Shown: positions 55,242-64,000, counted from the first letter of the stretch. The stretch is 64,000 nucleotides of DNA from Thermoanaerobaculia bacterium (GCA_038319835.1 JBBQDQ010000003.1:5279-69278); one strand, 5' to 3'. Made by a program: numbers and translations. The notes: generated by a model not told the origin, from the sequence alone.

Positions 55242-56339
55242 ATGACGAACTCACGCAGGCAGTTCCTCACGGGCGCCGCCGCGGCCGGGGCCGCGAGCCT
55301 CCTCTCCCCCCTCGAAGAGAAGCTGCAGGCGCAGGCTGGCGGGAACACGCCGCCCGCCCCTGCCCGCGACGGCTACGTCCTCGTGACGTCCGCGAACGGC
55401 GTCGAGGCCGCGAAGGCCGCGCGGCAGGCCCTCATCCAGGGCTACGACCCGCTCGACGCGGCGATCGTGGGCGTGAACGTGAACGAGCTCGACCCGAACG
55501 ACATGAGCGTCGGATACGGCGGCATCCCGAACGAGGAAGGCGTCGTGCAGCTGGACGCGGCCGTCATGGACGGGCGCACGCTGCGCGCGGGCGCCGTCGG
55601 GGCGATGGAGGGGTGCAAGACGCCCTCGAAGGTCGCAAAGCTCGTCATGGAGCGCACGGATCGCGTGTTCCTCGTCGGCGCGGGCGCGCGGAAGTTCGCG
55701 ACGGCGCACGGCTTCCCCGTCGAGGACCTCCTCACGGAGAAGACGCGGAAGATCTGGCTCTACTGGAAAGAGCGCCTCTCGGACTCGGACGACTGGATCG
55801 AGACCGGCAAGGAAGCCGAGGACCCCGACGTCAAGGAGTTCATCCGGAAATACGGCAGCGAGTACTTCCGGCCGCAGGGCACGATCCACATGTCGGTCCG
55901 GAGCGCAAAGGGCGATCTCGTGGGCGTCACGACGACGTCCGGCCTCTTCTTCAAGATCTCCGGCCGCCTCGGCGACTCGCCCGTGATCGGCGCGGGGATC
56001 TACTCTGAGAACGGCGTCGGAAGCTGCGGGTCGACGGGCCGCGGCGAAGCGAATCTCGTCACGTGCGGCTCGCACACCGTCGTCGAGTTCTTGCGGCAGG
56101 GCAAGAGCCCGGAGGAAGCCTGCCTCCTCGCCCTCAAGCGCATCGACGAGAAGACGCACAAAGTGGCGCGCCACCGCGACGAGAAGGGCCGACCGAAGTT
56201 CAACGTCAACTTCTACGCCGTCGACGCGAAAGGCAGAACCGCCGGCGCGGCGATATGGAGCGGGAGCAAGTACGTGGTCGGGGACAACGACGGGGTGAAG
56301 ACGCTGGAGTCGGCGTACCTGTACAAGAGGGGCGCGTAG
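55242..56339 (+). CDS. Ntn-hydrolase glycosylasparaginase / isoaspartyl peptidase-family protein with Tat signal
   Basis: Tat motif SRRQFLTGAAAAG. Asparaginase_2 motifs GGIPNEEGVVQLDAAVMDG, GTIHMSV and GDSPVIGAG...GSTGRGE. Confidence 0.85.
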   Translation: MTNSRRQFLTGAAAAGAASLLSPLEEKLQAQAGGNTPPAPARDGYVLVTSANGVEAAKAARQALIQGYDPLDAAIVGVNVNELDPNDMSVGYGGIPNEEGVVQLDAAVMDGRTLRAGAVGAMEGCKTPSKVAKLVMERTDRVFLVGAGARKFATAHGFPVEDLLTEKTRKIWLYWKERLSDSDDWIETGKEAEDPDVKEFIRKYGSEYFRPQGTIHMSVRSAKGDLVGVTTTSGLFFKISGRLGDSPVIGAGIYSENGVGSCGSTGRGEANLVTCGSHTVVEFLRQGKSPEEACLLALKRIDEKTHKVARHRDEKGRPKFNVNFYAVDAKGRTAGAAIWSGSKYVVGDNDGVKTLESAYLYKRGA

Positions 56340-56346
56340 GGTTCGA

Positions 56347-59300
56347 ATGACGCGCCCGCCGGGGCTCTACGAAGAACTCCTCACTCGAGGGTTCGCTCGT
56401 GAGCTAGCAGAGCTCGAGGCACAGGGATTCACCGCTCTTCAGTCCACCCCTGGCGCTGGCGAGGCGAGGGTCCTTCTTGCCCGGCACCTGCTGCGGCTCC
56501 TGACGCGGGCTCTCTCCTCCGCGAGCGGGGACGAAGTGACCGAACGCCAGCTCGAAGTCGCCCGTCGCGTCCACGCGGCACTCAACTCGCTCGACGGCGA
56601 GAGCACCGGGCCCGACGATGCCCTGGAAGAACCACCGCGCCTTCTAACGGCGGTCGTATCGCGGCCTCCTGGGCCTGCTGCAATACAGAGCCCCGTCCGG
56701 CCTGAAATACCGCTAACGTCGAGCGACCTTCTTGTGAACGCTCGGGGCGAGCCCCGCATCGGGCATTCGATCGCTGCCGAGATTCCCTCCGCAGACCGAA
56801 TCGATCTCGTCTGCGCCTTCGTCAGATGGCACGGCGTCCGGGTCGTAGAAGGCCAACTTCGGCGGTTTCGAGAGCAAGGCCGGCCGCTTCGAGTGATTAC
56901 CACGGTCTACACGGGATCTACCGAAAAGAAGGCCCTGGACCGGCTCGTCGAGATGGGGGTGCAGGTAAAGGTCTCCTACGAGACTCAGGCGACACGCCTT
57001 CATGCGAAGGCATGGCTGTTCCATCGCGAGTCCGGGTACTCGACAGCCTATGTCGGTTCTTCAAACCTCACCCACACGGCGCTCTCCGAGGGCGTTGAAT
57101 GGAATGTCCGGATCTCTGAAGCGGAGACGCCCGCTCTCCTCGAGAAGTTCCGCGCGACGTTCGATTCCTACTGGGCCGATCCATCCTTTGAAGACTACGA
57201 GCCAGAGAGGTTCGAGAAGGCGATTGCTGCGACGCGGCGGGGTTCCTCGGTCGTGTTCCTCGGACTCGACGTTCATCCTTTCCCACATCAGGTAGAGATC
57301 CTTGAGCGACTTCAGGCGGAGAGGGAAGTCCACGATAAGCATCGGAACCTCGTCGTGGCAGCCACCGGCACGGGCAAGACCGTCGTCGCCGCGTTGGATT
57401 ACAGGCGTCTCGCGAAAGATGGGCAGCGCCCCACGCTTCTGTTCGTTGCTCACAGGAGGGAAATTCTCCAACAGAGCCTCCACACTTTCCGTGCGGTGCT
57501 CCACGACGCGACCTTCGGCGAGGAACTATTCGAAGGCAGAAGGCCGACCGAGTATCGATACGTGTTCGCGTCCATTCAGTCGCTTCAGAGACCGCTCGAA
57601 ACGCTCCCGCCCAAGCATTTTCAGGTCGTGATCGTCGACGAGTTTCACCACGCCGAGGCCGATACGTACCGAAGGCTCTTGGACCATGTGAAACCAGAGG
57701 AACTTCTCGGTCTAACGGCCACACCCGAGCGCTCGGACGAGCGTGACGTGCTTGCCCGTTTCGACGGACGGTTCGCCTCGGAGCTCCGGCTCTGGGACGC
57801 TCTCGAAGCGGGCCTCCTCTGCCCGTTTCAGTACTTTGGCCTCCACGACAACACGGACATCTCTCACGTTCCCTGGAGCCGCAAGGGTTACGACGCTGAC
57901 GCGCTCGAGCACGTCTATACGGCCGACGACGCCCGGGCTCGACTCGTGATTCGCGAGATCGCTGAGAAGCATACGGACATCAGGACAATGCGTGCGCTCG
58001 GGTTCTGCGTCACGATTCCCCACGCGGAATTCATGGCTCGGAAGTTCAACGAAGCCGGTATCCCTTCTCTCGCCATTTCCGCGAACTCGCCGGAGGATGA
58101 GCGACGAACTGCACTCCAGCGGTTGAAGGCGCGCGACGTCAACGTCCTCTTCGCCGTCGATCTCTTCAACGAGGGCATCGACGTGCCCGAAATCGATACC
58201 GTGCTCTTCCTTCGGCCGACCGAGAGCGCAACGGTATTCCTTCAACAACTCGGCCGAGGTCTTAGGCGAGCCGACGGGAAAGACTGCCTTACCGTTCTCG
58301 ACTTCATCGGGACGGCGCATCGCAATTTCCGCTTTGATGCTCGCTACCGCGCGCTTCTTCGCGGCTCAGGGACCGGAGTCACGCGACAGATCAGGGAGGA
58401 TTTTCCGTTCCTGCCCGGCGGCTGCTCCATGCAGCTCGATCGCGTCGCTCGCGACATCGTCCTCGAGAACGTCGCGCGAGCCATCGGCTCGACGTTCCAG
58501 AGCCTCGTGACGGCACTCCGCGACCTCGGCCGCGATGTCTCGCTGGAGGAATTTCTAACCGAGGCGGAGGTTGAACCGGAGCGACTCTATCGGAATGGCC
58601 GGACATGGATGTCCTTGAGGAGAGAGGCCGGCCTTCCCACCCCCGCTCCAGGCCCCGAAAGTGAGCCCCTGGGACGCGGACTCATGCGGATCCAGCATCT
58701 CGACGATCCCCGGTGGCTTGCAGTTCTTCGAGTTGTCCTCCAATCGACATCCGGTGGAAATCGATCGTTCCCGGAGCGCGACGCGCGCGCTCTATCCGGA
58801 ATAGCGTTCACGCTGTTCGGGCAGGCAAGCCCGGTGAGCATCCCGGAGATGTTCAAACGGCTCTCACGGAACCAAGATATCTGCGCCGAGGCGATGGAAC
58901 TCGTGACACTGCTGGAGAGGCGTGTCATGCGCATCACGACTCCACTCGAGGATGTTCTGGGCTGGGAAGAACCGATTCCACTCTCTCTTCATGCCCAATA
59001 CTCGCTCGACGAGGTTCTCGCGGCCTTGGGTCGCTCAACGCTCGACGCGCGTTTCCGGACTCAGGCGGGAGTGCTATGGGTTCCGTCCTGCATGGCGGAT
59101 GTCTTCTTCGTCACTCTAGAGAAAGACGAAGCGCACTATTCCCCACAGACGCTCTACCGGGACTACGCGATCTCGCCCGATCTCTTTCACTGGGACTCGC
59201 AGAACTCGACCCGTGAGTCAGGCGGGATCGGCCAGCGTTACATCAATCACGTCGCGCGTGGCACACACATCCTCCTGTTCGCGAGGCTGACACGAGCGCG

Positions 59301-59433
59301 CTCTGGCTATACCTTCCTTGGTCCCATGCAGTATCAGAGTCATCGTGGGGAGAGGCCGATGGCGATCACATGGAAACTCGTTCGGCCGATGCCCGCCGAT
59401 TTCTTTCGCGAAGCCCGCGTCGCGGCCGGCTGA
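56347..59433 (+). CDS. SauUSI-type modification-dependent (type IV) restriction enzyme: PLD nuclease + SF2 helicase + DUF3427
   Basis: 1028 aa. PLD motif HAKAWLFHRESGYSTAYVGSSNLT. Helicase motifs AATGTGKT, VIVDEFHH, LGLTATPER and QQLGRGLR. The C-terminus is DUF3427-like (FFVTLEKDEAHYSPQTLYRDYAISPDLFHWDSQ...ILLFAR...YTFLGP). GC is lower than in the flanks. Confidence 0.8.
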   Translation: MTRPPGLYEELLTRGFARELAELEAQGFTALQSTPGAGEARVLLARHLLRLLTRALSSASGDEVTERQLEVARRVHAALNSLDGESTGPDDALEEPPRLLTAVVSRPPGPAAIQSPVRPEIPLTSSDLLVNARGEPRIGHSIAAEIPSADRIDLVCAFVRWHGVRVVEGQLRRFREQGRPLRVITTVYTGSTEKKALDRLVEMGVQVKVSYETQATRLHAKAWLFHRESGYSTAYVGSSNLTHTALSEGVEWNVRISEAETPALLEKFRATFDSYWADPSFEDYEPERFEKAIAATRRGSSVVFLGLDVHPFPHQVEILERLQAEREVHDKHRNLVVAATGTGKTVVAALDYRRLAKDGQRPTLLFVAHRREILQQSLHTFRAVLHDATFGEELFEGRRPTEYRYVFASIQSLQRPLETLPPKHFQVVIVDEFHHAEADTYRRLLDHVKPEELLGLTATPERSDERDVLARFDGRFASELRLWDALEAGLLCPFQYFGLHDNTDISHVPWSRKGYDADALEHVYTADDARARLVIREIAEKHTDIRTMRALGFCVTIPHAEFMARKFNEAGIPSLAISANSPEDERRTALQRLKARDVNVLFAVDLFNEGIDVPEIDTVLFLRPTESATVFLQQLGRGLRRADGKDCLTVLDFIGTAHRNFRFDARYRALLRGSGTGVTRQIREDFPFLPGGCSMQLDRVARDIVLENVARAIGSTFQSLVTALRDLGRDVSLEEFLTEAEVEPERLYRNGRTWMSLRREAGLPTPAPGPESEPLGRGLMRIQHLDDPRWLAVLRVVLQSTSGGNRSFPERDARALSGIAFTLFGQASPVSIPEMFKRLSRNQDICAEAMELVTLLERRVMRITTPLEDVLGWEEPIPLSLHAQYSLDEVLAALGRSTLDARFRTQAGVLWVPSCMADVFFVTLEKDEAHYSPQTLYRDYAISPDLFHWDSQNSTRESGGIGQRYINHVARGTHILLFARLTRARSGYTFLGPMQYQSHRGERPMAITWKLVRPMPADFFREARVAAG

Positions 59434-59437
59434 GGGC

Positions 59438-59760
59438 CTACTTCGTCACCCCCACCACATTCACCACCGGCCGCTCCAGGCCCGGGATGCGGCTATGGAT
59501 CGGGACGTTGAGCGCCCTCACCGTTCCGTCGCCCTGTCTCTGCACGAGCGTCGAGCTGCCGCCGCCGTCGAGGTTGAGCGCGTCCGTCGCGCCTTCGGCC
59601 TGGAGCATCTCTTTCAGCTCGTCCAGCGTCGCGCCTTCGGAGACGCCGGGCTGACGACCGTCGACGACGAGGAACCAAACGTTCCGCCCGTCGAGGCAGA
59701 GTGCGCCGTCGAGGAGGACACCGGAGATCGCGGAGGCAACGCGAGCGGGATCGCGCGCAA
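59438..59760 (-). pseudogene. 3' remnant of a phosphodiester-glycosidase (NAGPA/DUF2233)-family gene
   Basis: Manual translation gives ...GRNVWFLVVDGRQPGVSEGATLDELKEMLQAEGATDALNLDGGGSSTLVQRQGDGTVRALNVPIHSRIPGLERPVVNVVGVTK*. There is no upstream start, and the N-terminal two-thirds are missing where the VapC gene ends. Confidence 0.55.
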
Positions 59761-59765
59761 GCCTC

Positions 59766-60254
59766 TCAATCTTTCTCGCGCTGCCGGCGAAGCGCCTCGC
59801 TCGCGGACATCCCCCCGGACGCCCCCGGCGCCGACGCCAGGCGGGCCTGGGCGAGCACCCGGCAGATCGCCAGCCCTGGCACCCTCTCGAAGCGCCGGAC
59901 GTTGCCCGTCACGAGCTCGAGCCCGTGGTGGACCGCGGTCGCGGCAATCTGCAGGTCAGCGTCCGCAAGGGGGCGCCCGCCCCTTCTCAGGCCGGCTTCG
60001 ATTTCGCCGTAGATGCGGGCAACGGCCACGTCGAACGGGAAAATCGTGAGGCTCGGCAGCACGCGCGTTTCGATGTTCTCGAGATGAAATGACGCTTTTT
60101 CCGACCGGAACGCACCCTTGAAGAGTTCCCCCGCGACCACCGCGCTCGTGAACTGGTCTTCCCGCGGAACGGAACGAAGCCATCGGAGGTAGGCGGGAGC
60201 GGGCCGCCTCCGGAGAACCTCGGAGACGGCGTCCGTGTCGAAGAGGAAGGCCAC
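59766..60254 (-). CDS. vapC: PIN-domain toxin
   Basis: 162 aa. MAFLFDTDAVSEVL..., ...ELFKGA..., ...DLQIAATAVHHGLELVTGNVRRF are classic VapC motifs. It has an unusual extra C-terminal tail. Confidence 0.8.
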   Translation of the reverse strand: MAFLFDTDAVSEVLRRRPAPAYLRWLRSVPREDQFTSAVVAGELFKGAFRSEKASFHLENIETRVLPSLTIFPFDVAVARIYGEIEAGLRRGGRPLADADLQIAATAVHHGLELVTGNVRRFERVPGLAICRVLAQARLASAPGASGGMSASEALRRQREKD

Positions 60255-60548
60255 TCAGCGCCCGAGGCGAGGCCGCCGGCGCGGAGGCGTTCTTCGGATC
60301 GCGTTCATGTGCTCCACGAGATCCTCCGAGCCCGCCCAGCCGCCGGCGACGGCCGCGAGCCCCTTCTCCGGCCCGGCCGCCCGGAGCCGCCTCACGCGCT
60401 CCGCGTCCTTGGCGGGCACGACGGCCGCCACGTCCCGCCCGTGACGCCGGATCATCACGATGGCGCCCGCCTCCGCCTCCCGGACGACCTCCGAGAACCG
60501 GGCCTTGGCCTCGACGAGGGACACAGGGCCGACAGGCTTGGCGCTCAT
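60255..60548 (-). CDS. Phd/YefM-type antitoxin
   Basis: 97 aa from ATG 60548. SLVEAKARFSEVVREAEAGAIVMIRRHGRDVAAVVP is the Phd/YefM N-terminal fold motif. It directly abuts vapC. Confidence 0.75.
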   Translation of the reverse strand: MSAKPVGPVSLVEAKARFSEVVREAEAGAIVMIRRHGRDVAAVVPAKDAERVRRLRAAGPEKGLAAVAGGWAGSEDLVEHMNAIRRTPPRRRPRLGR

Positions 60549-60574
60549 ATGACCTCTCGGGTCGTTCTGACCTG

Positions 60575-62560
60575 TCACGGCTCTTCGGTCAACGCAGGCG
60601 CGGCCTTCGGCGGCAGGACGAACGACAGGGGGTCCCTGAGGAAGTGGCGGAACACGTGCCGGAGGACGCCCCAGAGCTCGGCATTCGTCATCTCGTACGC
60701 GCGCGCGGCGTTGAAGAGGGAGAGCGTGAAGGAGACGGTCAGGTTCAGGACGAACATGACGGCGATGCCGCCCGCGCCGAGGAGGAACCATCCGCCGAAG
60801 AACCAGTGCTCCCCGAGGCCCGCGGCCGCCAGCGCGAGCGTACCCGTCGAAAGCGTGACGTGGCGGACGTCGAACGGGATCCCGAAGAAGCGTCCGATGG
60901 CGGGCGCGAACCCGAGGAGGAAACCGAGCGCGACGTTCGTTCCCCAGCCGGACGCGTTGCGTTCGAGGGCGGCGGCGAGGCGCGCGCGCCGCTCCGCCGT
61001 CAGGATCGGCCCCGGGCGCCGCGCAGCAATCGCCCCGGGCAGGCGGTGCAGGGTGACCCAGTTCTCGAACCAACCGCCCGCGACGCTGCCCATCCAGAGG
61101 AGAACGCCCGTGAGCGCCGCGAAGAAAACCGTCCCACTGTCGAGCGGGCTGAGCGTCTCGAACGTGTGCGTCGCGTCCTCGGCGTCCAGGAAGGGGTGGC
61201 CGGCCCCGAGCCGCCAGAGCCAGTCGAAGAGCACCGCGCCCGCCCCGACGACGACGACGTTCGCGACGGCCGCTGCGAGCTGCGAGCTCGTGAGGCACCC
61301 GAAGAACGTCGCGACTCTCTCGAGGCGGTCTTCTCCCTCGTGCGTCGAGATGATCTTCGCGAGCGCCGCGGCCGTCATCGCGGGCTGCTTCGTCGCGAGG
61401 ATGAGGCCGAAAGCCTGCAGGAGAAGAAAGCTCACAGCGTAGTTCAGGCCGTAGAGGAAGCTCTCGGGAAAGGGCGCGAGGCCGAGGGCGTGGACGGCCA
61501 TCTTGATCGCGGCCGTTACGACCGTGAGCGCCCCGCCGCCCGCCGCCGCGGCCCAGATGTGCCGGTAGTCCTTCCGGTCCGTCGCGACGTAGTGCTCGCC
61601 CGCCTCGCCGGAGCGTTCGACGATCTTGCGGTCGAGGAGGTGGAGGTTCCACTTGACGAGGTGCCGGATCGAGCGCTCCTGCTGGGCGAGCGTCGCGAGG
61701 CGCACGAGGAGCCGGTGGGCCGCGCGCGACGTCTCGACGCCCGGGGCGGCCTCGAGGACGTCCGCCATGAGAGCCATGCGCGTGAGGCAGCGCTCGATGA
61801 CCTCGAGGTCGAAGACGATCCGGACGCTGACGCCCGCGCTCTCGAGGTGGCGCTGGACGGCCCGCGCCTCCTTCCGGCACTCGCCCGACTCCTTCCGGAA
61901 CGCCGCGGCGGCGGGCGCGACCGGAGCTCCCGCCTCCCACGCCTCGATGAGCGCGTCGGCGGCACGGGCGAGCCGGTAGAACGGCGACTCGGCGACGCGG
62001 AGAGGGGTCGAGCGGGCGCGCAGCTCGCGCGCGAGGCCGTGGGCCGCGACGCGCGAGGCGAGGAGGCGGAATCCGTCCGCGAACGCCATCCGGACAGGCG
62101 CCCAGGCCTCCGGGCCCGCGCCCGCGAAAAGGTCCACGACGCCGTGGACGACGCGCGGATCGAGCTCGCGGAGGGTTTCGACGTCTCCCGGGGTGCGGTA
62201 GAGCCGCCTGAGAATGTGCGAGAGGTCGCGGTCGTTGCGCGGCTCGGGCACGAGGCGCTGGGCGATGCGGTCGCCGAGCTCGGCGAAGAAGCCGCGCTCG
62301 GCGGGAATCCCCGTCTCGCCGAAGAGCGTCGCCGCGTCCGTCTCCCCGAGGAGCGTCGCGAGCGCCGCCTGAAAGCGGGGCGCGAGGTCCGGCGACGCCC
62401 GGACGACGGAAAGGAGCGGCACCGCCTCGGGGCTCGCGGCCGGAGTCGAACGCGCGATCCGGATGAGCCGGACGAAGGCCTCGGAGCGGTCGCCGCCGCC
62501 CTCGGCCGAGAGGAACGCCTGGAGGCGCTCCTGCGCCTGCCTCAGCGCGAACGTGTCCAC
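60575..62560 (-). CDS. Large helical plus polytopic membrane protein (resembles the family annotated 'site-specific recombinase', PF10136); function unknown
   Basis: 661 aa. The N-terminal half is soluble and helical (LFGETGIPAERGFFAELGDRIAQRLVPEP). The C-terminal half has multiple TM helices. The start lies 5 nt after the mglA stop. Confidence 0.5.
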   Translation of the reverse strand: MDTFALRQAQERLQAFLSAEGGGDRSEAFVRLIRIARSTPAASPEAVPLLSVVRASPDLAPRFQAALATLLGETDAATLFGETGIPAERGFFAELGDRIAQRLVPEPRNDRDLSHILRRLYRTPGDVETLRELDPRVVHGVVDLFAGAGPEAWAPVRMAFADGFRLLASRVAAHGLARELRARSTPLRVAESPFYRLARAADALIEAWEAGAPVAPAAAAFRKESGECRKEARAVQRHLESAGVSVRIVFDLEVIERCLTRMALMADVLEAAPGVETSRAAHRLLVRLATLAQQERSIRHLVKWNLHLLDRKIVERSGEAGEHYVATDRKDYRHIWAAAAGGGALTVVTAAIKMAVHALGLAPFPESFLYGLNYAVSFLLLQAFGLILATKQPAMTAAALAKIISTHEGEDRLERVATFFGCLTSSQLAAAVANVVVVGAGAVLFDWLWRLGAGHPFLDAEDATHTFETLSPLDSGTVFFAALTGVLLWMGSVAGGWFENWVTLHRLPGAIAARRPGPILTAERRARLAAALERNASGWGTNVALGFLLGFAPAIGRFFGIPFDVRHVTLSTGTLALAAAGLGEHWFFGGWFLLGAGGIAVMFVLNLTVSFTLSLFNAARAYEMTNAELWGVLRHVFRHFLRDPLSFVLPPKAAPALTEEP

Positions 62561-62564
62561 GGGG

Positions 62565-63149
62565 CTACTTCTTCCGGAGCTCCATGAGGACCTGCTTCGC
62601 CACGGCCTTGAGCGTGTCGAAGACGCCCAGGCCCGACGGAGCGGTGGCCTCGAACGTGGGCTCGCCCTTGAAGTTCAGCTGGCGATAAAGCTCGTCGGCG
62701 GGCATCGCCGTCGGGAGGTCGCGCTTGTTGAGCTGCAGAACGTACGGGATGACCTGCAGGTCGAACCCGTGCTCCGTGAGGTTCTTGTCGAGGTTCTGGA
62801 GCGACTCGACGTTCGCGTCCATCCGCGCTTCCTGCGAGTCGGCCACGAAGACGACGCCGTCGACGCCTTTGAGGATGAGCTTGCGGCTCGCGTCGTAGAA
62901 GACCTGCCCGGGGACCGTGTAGAGGTGAAAGCGCGTCTTGAAGCCGCGCACCGTCCCGAGGTCGAGCGGGAGGAAGTCGAAGAACAGCGTGCGGTCCGTC
63001 TCGGTCGCGAGCGAGATGAGCTTGCCCTTCGCGGCGGGGTTCGTCCGGTCGTAGATGTACTGGAGGTTCGTCGTCTTGCCGCAGAGTCCCGGGCCGTAGA
63101 AGACGATCTTGCAGTTGATCTCGCGGGCCGCGTAGTTGATGAACGTCAT
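62565..63149 (-). CDS. mglA: Ras-like small GTPase MglA
   Basis: 194 aa. [31 protein letters not shown] and LNKRD are diagnostic of MglA. Confidence 0.9.
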   Translation of the reverse strand: MTFINYAAREINCKIVFYGPGLCGKTTNLQYIYDRTNPAAKGKLISLATETDRTLFFDFLPLDLGTVRGFKTRFHLYTVPGQVFYDASRKLILKGVDGVVFVADSQEARMDANVESLQNLDKNLTEHGFDLQVIPYVLQLNKRDLPTAMPADELYRQLNFKGEPTFEATAPSGLGVFDTLKAVAKQVLMELRKK

Positions 63150-63158
63150 CGGGTTGCG

Positions 63159-63653
63159 CTACTCCCGGAAGAGGCTGTCGATGTCTTCGTCGGTGATCTC
63201 GGCGAAGGGCGAGTCGTAGCCCTCCTGGCGACGCGTCTTCTCGGACTCCACCTTTCGCTGGATGGTCTCGAAGATGCGCTCGAGCTCACTGTTCGCCTTG
63301 CGGACCCGCAGCCTCACGAGCCCGAGCGAGGAACGTTCGTCGAAGATGACGACGAGGATGACGCGCTGGCCGACGATCGAGATGTAGACGTTGTCGCGCT
63401 CGCCCTCGTGGAAGAGGACCGGAAACTCCTTCTCGCCGATGAGGCGCGCGAGGCCGTCCGTCGCGGCAACGTTGCCGGCCGTGAGCGAGGCGAGCGACGT
63501 CGTGTCGAGCGACTCCATGTCGCCCATGGCCGCGATCTGCTGCCCGTTCTTGTCGACGATGAAGACGACCTTTGCCTGGGCGTCCACCTTCAGGCGCCCG
63601 ATGACGTCCTTGATCTGATGGAACTCCTCGTCGAATAGAACGAAATCGGACAT
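63159..63653 (-). CDS. mglB: Roadblock/LC7-domain GTPase-activating protein MglB
   Basis: 164 aa with a Roadblock-type core (VVFIVDKNGQQIAAMG...LASLTAGNVAATDGLARLIG) and an acidic C-terminal tail. It lies immediately upstream of mglA. Confidence 0.85.
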   Translation of the reverse strand: MSDFVLFDEEFHQIKDVIGRLKVDAQAKVVFIVDKNGQQIAAMGDMESLDTTSLASLTAGNVAATDGLARLIGEKEFPVLFHEGERDNVYISIVGQRVILVVIFDERSSLGLVRLRVRKANSELERIFETIQRKVESEKTRRQEGYDSPFAEITDEDIDSLFRE

Positions 63654-63676
63654 CTGGTTTCGGGCAGTTTACCCGA

Positions 63677-64000
63677 TCACATCTCCCGGCGGCCCGCGAG
63701 GGACCTCGAGAGCGTCACGTCGTCGGCGAATTCGAGGGCGGCGCCCACGGGCAGACCGAGGGCCAGCCGGGTCACCCGGACCCCCAGCGGCTTGAGGCGG
63801 CGGGCCAGATAGAGCGCCGTGGCCTCCCCCTCGACGTTCGGGTTCGTGGCGATCAGGACCTCCTCGATCCGCGCTCCAGGCGGCGCCTTTTCGACCCTTT
63901 CGACGAGGTCCGCCACGTTCAGGTCGTCGGGGCCGATGCCCCGCAGGGGCGCGAGGGCGCCGCCGAGGACGTGGTAGCGGCCCCGGAACTCGTGCGTGCG
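63677..64000 (-). CDS. recR: Recombination protein RecR (C-terminal part; 5' end outside window)
   Basis: The frame is open to the window edge. Toprim region ...[35 protein letters not shown]...[40 protein letters not shown]. Confidence 0.85.
   Translation of the reverse strand, partial: RTHEFRGRYHVLGGALAPLRGIGPDDLNVADLVERVEKAPPGARIEEVLIATNPNVEGEATALYLARRLKPLGVRVTRLALGLPVGAALEFADDVTLSRSLAGRREM

Noticed and set aside
56338-56346. GGTTCGAAT, the tRNA T-loop consensus, right at the islet junction. It could have been a tRNA or an att-site remnant.
   Set aside because: The flanking bases cannot form a T-stem (TAGGG versus GACGC). No acceptor, anticodon or D-arm is recognisable, so this is probably chance.
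59318-60049. 243-aa plus-strand ORF and the 59370-59654 ORF in the gap after the helicase gene.
   Set aside because: The products are Arg/Pro-rich nonsense. The opposite strand carries a recognisable glycosidase remnant and the VapC gene.

Overview
High-GC bacterial chromosomal window, densely coding on both strands, with about 70 protein genes supported. The gene content (carboxypeptidase-regulatory-domain TonB receptors, MglAB) suggests Acidobacteriota, but that is inference only. I saw no rRNA, tRNA, CRISPR array, transposase or integrase. Many long stop-free ORFs in the track are wrong-frame or antisense artefacts of the high GC; I chose frames by protein-like sequence, signal peptides, RBS and start/stop overlaps. 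Main blocks: (1) 427-15904, minus strand: a non-canonical L-Ara4N (arn) locus with wzm-wzt-arnT, then a low-GC leader, a TonB-dependent-receptor-like gene lacking an in-frame stop, two tandem paralogous alkaline-phosphatase-superfamily/TPR genes, arnC, a split arnA, arnD and a thioesterase. (2) 15928-20314: an AttEFGH-like ABC system. (3) 20352-34543: mixed housekeeping genes (mscL, a small CXXCH protein, an amino-acid permease, moaD/moaE split by parA and an M50 protease, kbl and others). (4) 34553-39311: an arsenic cluster where arsM, arsS and the AhpD-like gene are intact but arsR, acr3 and arsC are only remnants. (5) 39459-40548: two paralogous secreted proteins of unknown function. (6) 40552-54482: CoA-transferase, SpoIIE phosphatase, nadA, a His-rich membrane protein/hydrolase/exonuclease operon, acyl-CoA ligase, ada, a Gly/Tyr-rich secreted protein and an OPT transporter. 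(7) 54490-60548: a lower-GC defence islet with a SauUSI-type PLD-helicase-DUF3427 enzyme, two VapC toxin-antitoxin (TA) pairs and a truncated gene. (8) 60575-64000: a PF10136-like membrane protein, mglA, mglB and recR. All family calls rest on motifs read by eye and on my recollection of the families; no database search was run.
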